Below are positions 44,086 through 53,841 of a stretch of DNA of 64,000 nucleotides, in pieces. Below the pieces are notes generated by a model that was not told where the DNA came from, made no database searches, and was given only the letters and a program-made list of their open reading frames with translations. Position 1 is the stretch's first letter. Every line of letters begins with the position of its first letter. The translations under genes and the position numbers were made by a program. This DNA is from a virus (lineage: Duplodnaviria; Caudoviricetes). The stretch lies in the IMG/VR virus record IMGVR_UViG_3300037501_000255, one strand, 5' to 3'.

Positions 44086-44163
44086 TGGTCAGAGTGGTGG
44101 GATTCGAACCCACACGGTATCCAGTTCCCAAAACTGGCGGCCTACCTCGTGGCCCTCACTCTG
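44086..44163 (-). tRNA. tRNA-Pro(TGG)
   Basis: CCAGT-TTTGGGA-ACTGG, ACCA end. Confidence 0.9.
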
Positions 44164-44702
44164 ATAAACTCGTACACTCTTTCTTCTATGAGATTCCTAT
44201 ATCTCGAATGCCAGTATTGGTGATGTGTTGGGCATAGCGGCACCAAATTATCTGGATTATTGTTGTCCCTATCCTCATCCATATGGTGGACTTCTACGAT
44301 TAGGCTCTCTTCGCAGACGGCACACTTCTTTTTATTATTAGCGAAACACACTGTCCTGTAATTCTTAGGAGATCTGACTTCCGGCCCCTTCCTAAAGAAT
44401 TTATTTGCACATGCATAGGAGCATGTAGCTTTGCTCTTAGCGGGAGACGCTGGAGTAACAAATTCTTTATTGCAAACGGGGCAATTCTTATTAAGACGTT
44501 CGCATTTATACCTTGGCTTACCGAAATGAGTCGTTGAGAACCCTGTACACATCTGCTTTGCTTTTCTTATACCAGAACCGTTATTCGGAAAACCTAATCC
44601 GGTAGCCACATCAGAAAAAGAATTTGATCTTTTAATCAGATCAACCAAGAAAACGTCCGGCATGCGCCATTTATAGGCTTGGCGCATGCTATTGGACGAC
44701 AA
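44142..44702 (-). CDS. HNH endonuclease; stop codon lies inside tRNA-Pro
   Basis: CAVCEE..IVEVHHMDEDRDNNNPDNLVPLCPTHH. Confidence 0.9.
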   Translation of the reverse strand: MSSNSMRQAYKWRMPDVFLVDLIKRSNSFSDVATGLGFPNNGSGIRKAKQMCTGFSTTHFGKPRYKCERLNKNCPVCNKEFVTPASPAKSKATCSYACANKFFRKGPEVRSPKNYRTVCFANNKKKCAVCEESLIVEVHHMDEDRDNNNPDNLVPLCPTHHQYWHSRYRNLIEERVYEFIRVRATR

Positions 44703-44711
44703 TTTATTTAT

Positions 44712-44912
44712 TCACATGTCGTACGTCTCAAGCACATCGACGATAGTAGGACGAGACGTATCAACCTCGACCGGGCCATTTACTTCGATGCGATCCCACT
44801 CATCATCATCAATGCCGTCCTCGCCAAAGTAACGAGCTACAAATTCAGGCTCATCATCGATATGCATAACAAACGTGTGGTCTGCACTCTGATACACAAC
44901 CAAGGTCATCAT
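44712..44912 (-). CDS. small acidic hypothetical protein
   Basis: ATG ORF. Confidence 0.55.
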   Translation of the reverse strand: MMTLVVYQSADHTFVMHIDDEPEFVARYFGEDGIDDDEWDRIEVNGPVEVDTSRPTIVDVLETYDM

Positions 44913-44914
44913 AT

Positions 44915-45208
44915 CTATACCCAGCTTTCCTTTAAAAAGTTTATTGTTCTGTGTTGACGGTCAAATGCCTTTTGGCGACGAAACTCCCTTACACGTACTC
45001 TGAACAGGAGATATGCTAAAATGCCCTCAGACAAAGATAGGGTAAAGTCCGGTGCATCACTCAGGTATAGTCTGAACATATGTCCGCCATACCTGTTGGG
45101 CACATACTGCGGCGCGTACGCAATGCTTTTACGGCCTGTATCAAACTCGCGCACCAGGGAATAGGTGTCATCATGGTCAACAACCCTCCACATACTTGGC
45201 TCGCGCAT
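44915..45208 (-). CDS. hypothetical protein
   Basis: ATG ORF. Confidence 0.55.
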   Translation of the reverse strand: MREPSMWRVVDHDDTYSLVREFDTGRKSIAYAPQYVPNRYGGHMFRLYLSDAPDFTLSLSEGILAYLLFRVRVREFRRQKAFDRQHRTINFLKESWV

Positions 45209-45499
45209 GCTTCACACTAGCCGTCGAATGTATGGTGTTTCGTCGAGCTTGATTATGTTACTCATAGACATTGCTGAGCAGGATGTTTGTGGTATTTGCG
45301 CTTCAGCCGGTAGCCTGGTCACTGGGCGAGTCCTCCGGCACGGTGACGACAAGCGCCGCAAACTAACTCATAAATTCGGCCCATGATTGAAATGCGGCAT
45401 CTTTTGCTCTGCCATCCTGTTGGTATTGGACAAAGATCGCGCCATTGCCCAGCTGACGCGCGTTAATATTCGCTACGCTCATGGAACCTCCTGTAAAAT

Positions 45500-45574
45500 T
45501 GGTGACCCGTGAGGGAATCGAACCCTCGTTACAGGAATGAAAATCCTGCGTCCTTGCCGCTAGACGAACGGGCC
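45500..45574 (-). tRNA. tRNA-Glu(TTC)
   Basis: CAGGA-TTTTCAT-TCCTG, ACCA end. Confidence 0.95.
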
Positions 45575-45650
45575 GTACCAGCGTAACGTGCTGGAGTCGC
45601 TGCATCTGGTTGTACTGCACAGTGACCGGCTTGTCCTAGCAGGAGGATGC

Positions 45651-45726
45651 TGGTGGGTCAGGTGGGAATCGAACCCACGACTTCCGGATTAAAAGTCCGT
45701 TACTCTTCCGGCTGAGTTACTGACCC
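45651..45726 (-). tRNA. tRNA-Lys(TTT)
   Basis: CGGA-CTTTTAA-TCCG, ACCA end. Confidence 0.95.
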
Positions 45727-45792
45727 GGCGTGGCAATTCGAACTGCCGACCTTCACGTTCGTAGCGTAACGCTCACTGAGCTAATGGGGCTC
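45727..45792 (-). pseudogene. degenerate tRNA-Arg(ACG): D-loop and 3' acceptor strand shortened
   Basis: TTACG-CTACGAA-CGTGA, GGCAG-TTCGAAT-TGCC; truncated 3' end. Confidence 0.65.
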
Positions 45793-45864
45793 GGTGACGC
45801 CGAGTGTGTGGGCTTATGCCCGCCGAGCGGGCCCCTAGACAATTAATTTTTTATCTGCTACAAT

Positions 45865-46530
45865 CTACAGCATTTGATCATTATCTTTGTGGGAATGTCT
45901 GAGAAGAAGACTTACGCCAAAGATTAGGATTGCGATTGGAAGCATCCCGTGCAACTTGGCGGTTGCAATAATTACCAGCGCGGCGCTTAATATGACGGAT
46001 GTGTTAAGAGCCATTTTCGTCGCCCGAGCATGACCGAATTTCAGTTGCAATGCGGCCCTAAGAATACGACCTCCGTCCATTGGAAATATGGGCAACATAT
46101 TGAAAATTACTATGGCAATATTTGTCACTCCTAGAGTAGTCAGTATTGTAACTCCCGAAATGAGCATCCTGCCTGACGCCACGCTGGCAACGGCGGCATC
46201 CAGAAGGAGTGCAGCAGCGGCAATTGCCGCACTTAGCGCCGGACCCGCAAATGCAATTATGACCTCCTGCTTTGGAGTAACTCCAGTTAAATCTAATGAT
46301 GCAGCTCCGCCAAAGTAGTGCAGTACAATCTTCGTAGATGGTAATCCGTACTTGCGGGCAGCAAGTACATGCGCATATTCGTGAGCTAGTATCGAAGCAA
46401 AGAGCATGATTGCCAATACGACTCCTGCTGCGCCCAAAGAGAATATCATTCCGCCAACAGCGAGGAGTATGCTCCAATGTAGGAAGACTGGCACACCCAA
46501 AGCAGAGCCTAATTTAAGAGACGATCTCAT
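45865..46530 (-). CDS. site-2 protease (M50)
   Basis: VFLHWS, LAHEYAH, IAFAGP, FNMLPIFPMDGGRIL. Confidence 0.92.
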   Translation of the reverse strand: MRSSLKLGSALGVPVFLHWSILLAVGGMIFSLGAAGVVLAIMLFASILAHEYAHVLAARKYGLPSTKIVLHYFGGAASLDLTGVTPKQEVIIAFAGPALSAAIAAAALLLDAAVASVASGRMLISGVTILTTLGVTNIAIVIFNMLPIFPMDGGRILRAALQLKFGHARATKMALNTSVILSAALVIIATAKLHGMLPIAILIFGVSLLLRHSHKDNDQML

Positions 46531-47010
46531 TCCCCCCCCCCATCGCGCAACCTCGTGAATAAATCTCTTTCTACCCGACATAAAAGTCCACCGTAAAACG
46601 GCACCATACCTACTATGACGGGAGTGCTGCACCCACCTTTGATCTATCTCGGGTATTGTAGCTAAGGTATCTAAATAGAATCCCCATCTGGCCTCCGGTA
46701 TTAATGCTCCGAAATACACGTGGTATGAGTTGCCGCTGCTATAGATGCAGTATGGTGCCCCCGCAGAATTCATATTTGCAATAGAGGAGCAGATGGTCCT
46801 AACTCGCTCTAGGCTTGGCCGGCCGATAAAATCTATCATTGGCAGATGCACTCTTCTACGCGAATCACTTAACAGCAGACCGGAGGCTATGCCAATCTCG
46901 TATCCCGGTCTTATGTTGAAACTGGCGAGCAGCGCGCCAAACTGAGATTCGTCCACCAACTTTCCTAGATCAATATCGACCAAGCTCTGGGTATTATTTG
47001 TAACGTACAC
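46531..47010 (-). CDS. hypothetical protein (primase/AEP-like HxY motif), read in frame with M50 across a 9-nt G-run
   Basis: HLPMIDF..YSSGNSYHVY. Confidence 0.5.
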
Positions 47011-47168
47011 GCCTGGATCAACTGCCGGATAATCGACGGGGAATAATGTGCATAGAGTTAATTTCCACTGCGACGCACATTCCCTAATAATTTTAGCTAC
47101 AAATCTGTAGGGGTGGTTGCTGCAAAGCGCTCATATTCCGAAGGCTGCGGGCGCATAAAATTCATGGT

Positions 47169-47840
47169 TCACCTCGCCTGTGACACTTGCTGCTCTTTAA
47201 CCTCTACCTTGGATGAGCTCTCCATATGTTTTTTGATTTTCGTCGCAGCAAAAGCCGCGGCGGCACCGAGAACTGCTGCCATCAGTACCCACGAACCTCT
47301 TTCCTCGACGCGAACTTCCTTGTCCAATTCTTCCAGGTTATACCCATATAAGTCTCCTGTCGTACGATCGCAGAGCGGCAGAATATTCGCTTCTGCACAA
47401 TTGATAAGGTGCTCTTCGTCGTTGAACGATAGGAAGTATTTATTCACATCAACATGATTGTGTACGCCGTGCAGATCAATGCCATTAGCATAAGCGAATG
47501 CCTCTACACGCAAGAAGTACTCTTTATACTTTTCAAAAGTCGATGGCTCTACCATTACTCCAAAGACGTACCACTCTCTATTACCATAGCATGTGAACGC
47601 TGGTCCCGATGTACGGTGCAGCTTACCTCTCCACATCCAGTGCTGTCTATTGTGCGCTTCGAGAAGGCAGGGGCGATCTGCTGTGGAATGTAGGAGGTGT
47701 ACCGTCTTATGCACCGGGTGAGTATACGTGTATGCTTCGATGCTCTCGTCGTACTCAATTTGAGTATCAGCAATCTCCTCGGGGAGGATAGCTATCTTGT
47801 ACTCGCCTCTATCATTAATATAGGATACAGTTGATTCCAT
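47169..47840 (-). CDS. hypothetical protein with LHRxxGPA-type repeat and C-terminal TM helix
   Basis: GKLHRTSGPA..GNREWY..G. Confidence 0.7.
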   Translation of the reverse strand: MESTVSYINDRGEYKIAILPEEIADTQIEYDESIEAYTYTHPVHKTVHLLHSTADRPCLLEAHNRQHWMWRGKLHRTSGPAFTCYGNREWYVFGVMVEPSTFEKYKEYFLRVEAFAYANGIDLHGVHNHVDVNKYFLSFNDEEHLINCAEANILPLCDRTTGDLYGYNLEELDKEVRVEERGSWVLMAAVLGAAAAFAATKIKKHMESSSKVEVKEQQVSQAR

Positions 47841-47864
47841 AAATTCCTTTCTTGAGGTACTAGA

Positions 47865-48221
47865 ATGATTTCTAAATTGGCGACCCTGGCCAACGAACTG
47901 GGTGCAGCCGGGCTATACACGGAGGCTGATTTGATCGATGAATTGCTTGTCAAAGAGGCTGTTGAGGTTAAGTCGCGCAACCGACCAAGTCCGGCTCTTG
48001 ACAGCACCCATCCCAAAGTTAAAGACAAGAAAGATCACTTTCCTCTAGGGAATATCTCTCAGGCGAGAAATGCTCTCGCCAGAGTTAATCAATTTGATTA
48101 GAAACCTGAGTGGTGGGATGGAACGCTGCAGGAGTTGGTGAACACAGTTGTTAAGGCCGTAAGAAAGCGTTACCCGTCTATTGAAATTAGTAAGGCTTCT
48201 AGAAAGCCTGGCAAGGACTAG
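47865..48221 (+). CDS. ANxLD-motif protein with in-frame TAG at 48099-48101
   Basis: MISKLATLANELGAAGLYTEADLIDELL..HFPLGNISQARNALARVNQFD*KPEWWDG..KRYPSIEI. Confidence 0.65.
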
Positions 48222-48222
48222 T

Positions 48223-48568
48223 ATGCTACGCGCCCTAATTAGACTTGCAAATGACTTGGATGAAAGAGCTCGGTTCAGTGCGGCAGATGCCGTAGACCGG
48301 TCATCAAAGCATTTGTGGAAGATATATCCCCACCATTTAGCATTGAAGAAGCCGCTATAATAGCTGATGCTATAGGCATAGATTTTACAGAATCGGACTT
48401 CACTCTTAAGGATTTTCAAAAGGGTTTGGGTGTTGAGCTTGAGCACGGCGCGCGCGACCCAGAAACAGATGTGGTACACAAGAACTATCTTAGCGTAGGG
48501 CGTATAGCTTGGGCACATCTAAAAGAAGCCCTAAATACTATAGCAAGTTAGCCAAGATAGAATCCTAA
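48223..48568 (+). CDS. ANxLD-motif N-terminus plus DUF5661-like domain, frameshifted
   Basis: MLRALIRLANDLDE..AADAVD / GLGVELEHG.RDPETDV..IAWAHLKE / KYYSKLAKIE. Confidence 0.7.
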
Positions 48569-48571
48569 TTT

Positions 48572-48823
48572 CTAGGTGTCAGAACTGGGGCCTTTAAGGC
48601 TATCCTCGCTCTCCAGAGGTTCGGCTTTCTGGGCCTCAAGTTCTTTGCGTATGTAACGCATAAATAACATTGCGCGATCTTCCGGTAGGAAGGTAGCATC
48701 GCCGCAATCCTCTACTGGCACAGGGAAGATGAACCCCGATTCTGTGGCGTAGTATAGATTACCTTTACGGTAATATTTGAAATGTACCTTCTTATCACCT
48801 GACACCATATCTTTGATATTCAT
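48572..48823 (-). CDS. conserved phage-type hypothetical protein
   Basis: VHFKYYRKGNLYY..FIFPVPVED.GDATF..DRAMLFMRYIRK. Confidence 0.7.
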   Translation of the reverse strand: MNIKDMVSGDKKVHFKYYRKGNLYYATESGFIFPVPVEDCGDATFLPEDRAMLFMRYIRKELEAQKAEPLESEDSLKGPSSDT

Positions 48824-49069
48824 TTAATGTAACTCCTTGCCACATTCAGCTGCCTACGCGCCTTCTCGGAATAGACGGCCTCCGACAGTAGTCACTCCAG
48901 TGAGAGCGGGGCTCTCGCTAAATCTTGGGCTGTAAACCATACAATTCCATGCCTTGAATAGTATTCACGGAGAATTGGGGGCGGCAGAGGGCGACGCAAG
49001 AATTTTCTCCACCACGACCGTTCCTTGCTCTCCTCGACAGGCACTAGCCAATCGCTTTCTCCATTTGAT

Positions 49070-50038
49070 TTAATCGATACAATTCTGATTTTCATAAGAA
49101 ATCCCTACGCGCGCAAGATTCGGAAGAACACCAAGGTTTTTACCTTTAAACTCCATTTCGACATCTACCAAACCAGAGTTCAGTATCTCTAGTTGAAAGT
49201 CTGGTATGTAGTGTAAATCATATGAATGCTGCCTGCGTTGCGTGAATGATCCGTTTACATTCATAGGATCAGTGTTAGAAAGGTGCTGAATGGGGGTAAT
49301 GTTGGTGGGCCATGTCAGCATTGATTCCTCGGCAGCTTCCTTGCCGCCCATCCCTTGGGGCCTAAAGGTATGGTGATGGCTGTCAAAGACAATTGGCACT
49401 TTAGTCTTTTGCGAAATTGGCAACAACTCTCTGACTGAATATGATGATTCATCGTTTTCAAGTGTTAGTCGAGATCTGGCAGACTCATTTAGACGATTGA
49501 TAGACTCAACCAGCCTATCGGCTCTATTTGATTTCCCGCCATGTATATTTATAGGAAATTGAACCGAACGGTCGAGTCCCATAGCATCAAACAGCCAACC
49601 TTGATTGTTGAGCTCGGCAATTGAATTCTCGATAACCTCATCTCTATCAGAGGATAGGACTGTGAATTGCCCGGGGTGAGTTGATATGCGGAACCGTAGC
49701 TGCGATATTTTATGTCCCAAATTCGCAAGGTGCGCTCTAACATTATCATTGTCCCATAAGCTACGTTCAACCTTATCCATGAGAGGAATGAGGTTGCTGC
49801 TAATCCTAAAATGTCGCACACTGGTTGTTTCGTATATCAGATCAAGTATCTTACTTACTTCGTTTATGTTATTGACGTAAGTGTCTACTATATGCTCTGA
49901 CGAGTAGGCTCCAGATAGATACTGGCCGAGTTGGAGTGTCCTCTCACCAACTATGTTTTCCATTGTAGATACAGCTGTGCCGTTTCGTTTAAGCACAGTG
50001 CGGGGGGCGAGCCACTGACAACAGATCCCTATTCCCAT
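49070..50038 (-). CDS. uvsE: UV-damage endonuclease
   Basis: FRISSNLIP, RISTHPGQFTVLSS, INIHGG, LTLENDE, VFDSHHH, MEFKGK. Confidence 0.95.
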   Translation of the reverse strand: MGIGICCQWLAPRTVLKRNGTAVSTMENIVGERTLQLGQYLSGAYSSEHIVDTYVNNINEVSKILDLIYETTSVRHFRISSNLIPLMDKVERSLWDNDNVRAHLANLGHKISQLRFRISTHPGQFTVLSSDRDEVIENSIAELNNQGWLFDAMGLDRSVQFPINIHGGKSNRADRLVESINRLNESARSRLTLENDESSYSVRELLPISQKTKVPIVFDSHHHTFRPQGMGGKEAAEESMLTWPTNITPIQHLSNTDPMNVNGSFTQRRQHSYDLHYIPDFQLEILNSGLVDVEMEFKGKNLGVLPNLARVGISYENQNCID

Positions 50039-50464
50039 CTACTCTCCGTCCATAATGAAGTCTGATGCATCCTCTAACTCTTCTGTGTCCGCTGCGATGG
50101 TGATATCTTCTTTGGTTATATGCTCTGTTGGGGCATCACCTGCAACCCATACAAGGGGATAGCCGGGGATGGTACCATAAGCATACTCTTTTTGAAAGTC
50201 TCGCAGACTAGAGAATTTTTTGAGTTTTCGATCTTTTATCAATTCGCATGGTGCATTATACTCTTCAACTATAATGCGATCATTATCTACATATACAACA
50301 TGTACCCAAAATGCATAGAACTCGGTAAACCTGTCCCCCGCTCGTGGAGCGGCCATCCTCTCTTCTGTTATCTTGTTCCAATTGTAGTTAGCCATGAATG
50401 AATCCCTCGATAAGTTCCTGAGAGTATCCCAGAATTCTTCCCATCTCTTTGTGGTATAGCTCAT
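50039..50464 (-). CDS. hypothetical protein
   Basis: ATG ORF. Confidence 0.6.
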   Translation of the reverse strand: MSYTTKRWEEFWDTLRNLSRDSFMANYNWNKITEERMAAPRAGDRFTEFYAFWVHVVYVDNDRIIVEEYNAPCELIKDRKLKKFSSLRDFQKEYAYGTIPGYPLVWVAGDAPTEHITKEDITIAADTEELEDASDFIMDGE

Positions 50465-50804
50465 CTCGATTTGAACTATTTAGAAGCTGCTCTATGATGT
50501 CTGCGTCAGACGCGTGTCCATCTGCCCACATGACAATATTGCGTGCGGTAGAGGGGGTGGCCCCATTCACAATAAAGCTTCTGAACCCTATTGGACGACT
50601 GCCTGGTGAGGCATTTAGTTCCCTGACATACTGAGCGAGATTAAGCCAAGCTGCCTCACTCCTTATGTCGAAGGCGCTAAACAGCGCAACATTACGAATG
50701 CCCTTGGCGATTGAGTAGGCTTGTGCGGAAAATTCACCGACCAACATACCAAGAAAGAATGGGTCTTCACCTGAGTCGGCAATAAGTTTCGTTGGGTCTA
50801 TCAC
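50388..50804 (-). CDS. hypothetical protein
   Basis: C-terminal MGRILGYS..I..F pattern. Confidence 0.6.
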   Translation of the reverse strand: MIDPTKLIADSGEDPFFLGMLVGEFSAQAYSIAKGIRNVALFSAFDIRSEAAWLNLAQYVRELNASPGSRPIGFRSFIVNGATPSTARNIVMWADGHASDADIIEQLLNSSNRDELYHKEMGRILGYSQELIEGFIHG

Positions 50805-51232
50805 TCTTGTGCTCCCTTATAGTGAAGATCGCAGACCGTGCTCAGCCACCCGTTGGAATTTCTAGTGGAACCTGGGGCACCGCACTCTTCGCAAACAGTG
50901 CGGCTACGCTCTTCAAAATGATTTATGATTTCATCGATAGTTGGATTTTGTCCGGTCACATATAGCCTGAGCGCCCCGAATTTCTCCTTGATCTGAAGGA
51001 TATTTCCACTCCATCCGGCTTGACGCAACTGTTCGAAACACTCGCTCAGCAGGCCCTTCCAACCTGGACCAACGGAGCCTTGACGAAAAGAGTGATAGGA
51101 TGGATCGATCTGGGCCACCCATTCCTGAAATTCGATGCTGTAATTACGTTCATCGGTCGACATATAGCTGGCTCCTTCGAAGACCGCGCTCAGTGAAATC
51201 CTGTACGGGCGCGAATGCCGGAGAGTCGTCAA
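50801..51232 (-). CDS. conserved phage-type protein
   Basis: GPGWKGL..QIKEKFGALRLY..S.TVCEECGAPG..GWLSTVCD.H. Confidence 0.75.
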   Translation of the reverse strand: MTTLRHSRPYRISLSAVFEGASYMSTDERNYSIEFQEWVAQIDPSYHSFRQGSVGPGWKGLLSECFEQLRQAGWSGNILQIKEKFGALRLYVTGQNPTIDEIINHFEERSRTVCEECGAPGSTRNSNGWLSTVCDLHYKGAQE

Positions 51233-51653
51233 GCTTTATGGCAAATGGGATCAGCAGATCTGGAAGAGAGTCGTAGTTTACCGTATGCTCGGCATACATC
51301 CATTCGCCATATAATGTGAAGCCGGCTTCCAGCGCACGAGAGAGCTCTCTAAAAAGAACCCTGTTATCGTACAGCCAATTCCATATTGGCCGGAACTGCA
51401 ATTAGCTGTAGTTTCTCGCTTTACATATCCCTTAAGAAGGATGTGCTCACGATTTCCTACGATAATATCGCCGATGCCATCCCACTTAATGCGAACATTC
51501 GCACCATCAATCTTTTCTTCTACCAGAATATTTCGTGACGATAGGAATTTCCACCTGGAATGTTCGGGAAGGACTATATCATCCTTTGCTATCGCTCCTG
51601 ACCCCCGGCAGATGTGGTGTCTTCGGGTATCTTTGTAGATTCTTTCGCTGCAT
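51150..51653 (-). CDS. ATP-dependent RNA ligase (PF09414-like), fragmented by frameshifts
   Basis: Manual reading MQRKNLQRYPKTPHLPG / AKDDIV..VEEKIDGANVRI / QFRPIWNW..LYGEWMYAEHTVNYDSLPD..IPF. Confidence 0.8.
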
Positions 51654-52018
51654 ATTCGCTACTCTTTATGTAATGTAGTATGTGAGCCTGGGCAGCATCT
51701 TTAATGCAGGAAAAACACAGGCCAGTGTCGTGAAACTCTGGCCTTGAATATCTCGCACTACATTTGATACAATTAACCTCAGTATCTGCCAAAGGCATTT
51801 CCCAAACGTCTATATCTTTAATACTCACTCTGAGTCTCCACTATCTGAGCATAGATCCGACTCCACAGAGCGCTCTTCTGTGCCAGCATCAACAAGTGAT
51901 GTATTGGTGTCTGGGGAGCCCCTGAGTAGGGCCAGTACTCCGGCGATGAGGCATGCGACTAATAAAAGTGCCCCGACTACCTTAAAACTTCCAAGAACTT
52001 CTTTCATCATATATAACC

Positions 52019-53167
52019 TCATATATCTATTCTTTTTGAGAGAATAGAAATACACAATTCCTCGATCCTTTTCATGTCAGGCTTATGCGGAATTGAGTAC
52101 TTTTTTGTGTTGTAAATTTCAGTACAAAGAGCGTCTTCTGTTAGGAAGAACTCCTCCAGCTTGTCATAGCTCCACGCACCGGCACGGATGGCCACTAATT
52201 CATCTGAGTCGATACCCACTCTATTTACGTTTACTTTGCCATCTACAAGGATCTCGCGACACATTCTCATCAGTCTAACTAGATGACTGGCGTGCTTTGT
52301 ATCGTACCCGTACTTTTCCTCCAGAGCCGCACGCGCTGGATTTCGCGCTTTTTTCCACTGATGATATCGGGACCAATCATCTTGGGCATGACGAAATCTC
52401 CTCTCCTTTTCCAGGAGATGAATAAAGTTCTCATCATATCCAATGCTCCGGGCAGCACTCTTCCATTTAGAATCTGTAGTAGACATGATTTCGGCCAGCA
52501 TCAAATTGATCTTGCCCAAAATAGATATACGGTCAGCCTCTGAGGTGACAGCACTTAGATCTGTCTCCCACTCATCAGTTTTCTTTTGAATAGATGCCAC
52601 GGCGGCCTCTAGCTGATTCTTTGGTATTAGACCAACAGCAGGAAGATCAAATTCCTCACGTGTAGGCGGCCCTTTTGGTGGATTAAGGAGATAGCTCCTG
52701 TGTGTCTTGATGCGCTTAAACTGCGCAGCGGAGTACCCTGAGAAGGTATGCTTTGCCTTGGCTGACAGGAAGAGGTTGCCATTATCTCTAAGCTCCCTTC
52801 CCTCTTTAGAGCAAACTCTCACATGCGCATCATCACAAAACAGAACATCTAGAATGTTAGGATTCGCGTCAGCCGCAAGACTCATGAATTTGCGCAATTC
52901 GTATACTGATCCCTCGAGTTTTTCCCTATGAGAGATTTCACGTTCCTCATCGGACAGTAGCGGGAGGAAGGCTGCAATATTGTCCGGCGAATCAGCCTGC
53001 TCGAATGCATGATTCAAACCCAGATATGTTTCCATTGGAGGTATCGCAATACCCTTCACATCCACATCTGAATCTGCGCGATGGATCCCATATGCTCTGG
53101 AGCCCGCCAATGTCAGTAAGATAGTGTGCTTAACGAGGTCAAAGTACATGTCATCATCCCATCTCAA
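52019..53167 (-). CDS. RlaP-like pol-beta nucleotidyltransferase (RNA-repair associated)
   Basis: LAGSRAYG..DSDVDVKGI, YELRKF..ANPNILDVLF, YDTKHASHLVRL. Confidence 0.88.
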   Translation of the reverse strand: MRWDDDMYFDLVKHTILLTLAGSRAYGIHRADSDVDVKGIAIPPMETYLGLNHAFEQADSPDNIAAFLPLLSDEEREISHREKLEGSVYELRKFMSLAADANPNILDVLFCDDAHVRVCSKEGRELRDNGNLFLSAKAKHTFSGYSAAQFKRIKTHRSYLLNPPKGPPTREEFDLPAVGLIPKNQLEAAVASIQKKTDEWETDLSAVTSEADRISILGKINLMLAEIMSTTDSKWKSAARSIGYDENFIHLLEKERRFRHAQDDWSRYHQWKKARNPARAALEEKYGYDTKHASHLVRLMRMCREILVDGKVNVNRVGIDSDELVAIRAGAWSYDKLEEFFLTEDALCTEIYNTKKYSIPHKPDMKRIEELCISILSKRIDI

Positions 53168-53445
53168 GGTTAATCTAATTCATCATCATCAAAAATATCA
53201 TCTGACCACATATTGTCATCATTCTTGAGAAATAGGTAGGCTCCTGCTGCCAGGAAAGATATTACAAAAAGAACTGCCCCAATTGCAATTGCGCTCATAT
53301 AATTCCCCCATTGATTAAGTCAACTTCCATTCCCACCAGAACCTTGTACTCACGATCCTGTTTGGAAACCAACTCGGTTATCTTTTCCACAATTTCCCAT
53401 ACATATCTAAGCTCAGCCCGCGCACGAGCAGAGGGGGGTCCAGTG

Positions 53446-53841
53446 TCATCCCTCCTGCCATGTGCCTAGACCAGAATTCCATCCCCGAATCCTCTCAGGA
53501 CAGTAGCTGAATTCATGTCTGGCATCGGCTATGTGAGATGGAAAGTTGCCTACCAGATCGGTCAAGCTAGCGTTAAACCACTCCTCAACACCCTCATCTT
53601 CGAGCATTATCCGATAATTTATGTTGGCGTTGCTGGGGTCTAGGAATGGCCGAGAATATTCCTCATCAATATCGTCATCATCAGCAAATCCTATTCTGAT
53701 ATTATCATAAAATACCGGGGACCAAATTGATTTAAGAAACTCTCTAATCTCCTCCCTGCGCTGCTTTAACACTTCGACATGGGGGGCTAAACTCAGGATG
53801 TGCTCCGCCCTGTGGGCAGCGTCCAAGATTCCACTATTCAT
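53446..53841 (-). CDS. hypothetical protein
   Basis: ATG overlaps clpB stop. Confidence 0.55.
   Translation of the reverse strand: MNSGILDAAHRAEHILSLAPHVEVLKQRREEIREFLKSIWSPVFYDNIRIGFADDDDIDEEYSRPFLDPSNANINYRIMLEDEGVEEWFNASLTDLVGNFPSHIADARHEFSYCPERIRGWNSGLGTWQEG

Noticed and set aside
36420-48101. TAG reassignment (genetic code 15) or an amber suppressor system
   Set aside because: TAG terminates several genes cleanly (4869, hsp20, 48221 followed by ATG), long genes contain no in-frame TAG, in-frame TAA and TGA also occur, and no CUA-anticodon tRNA was found.
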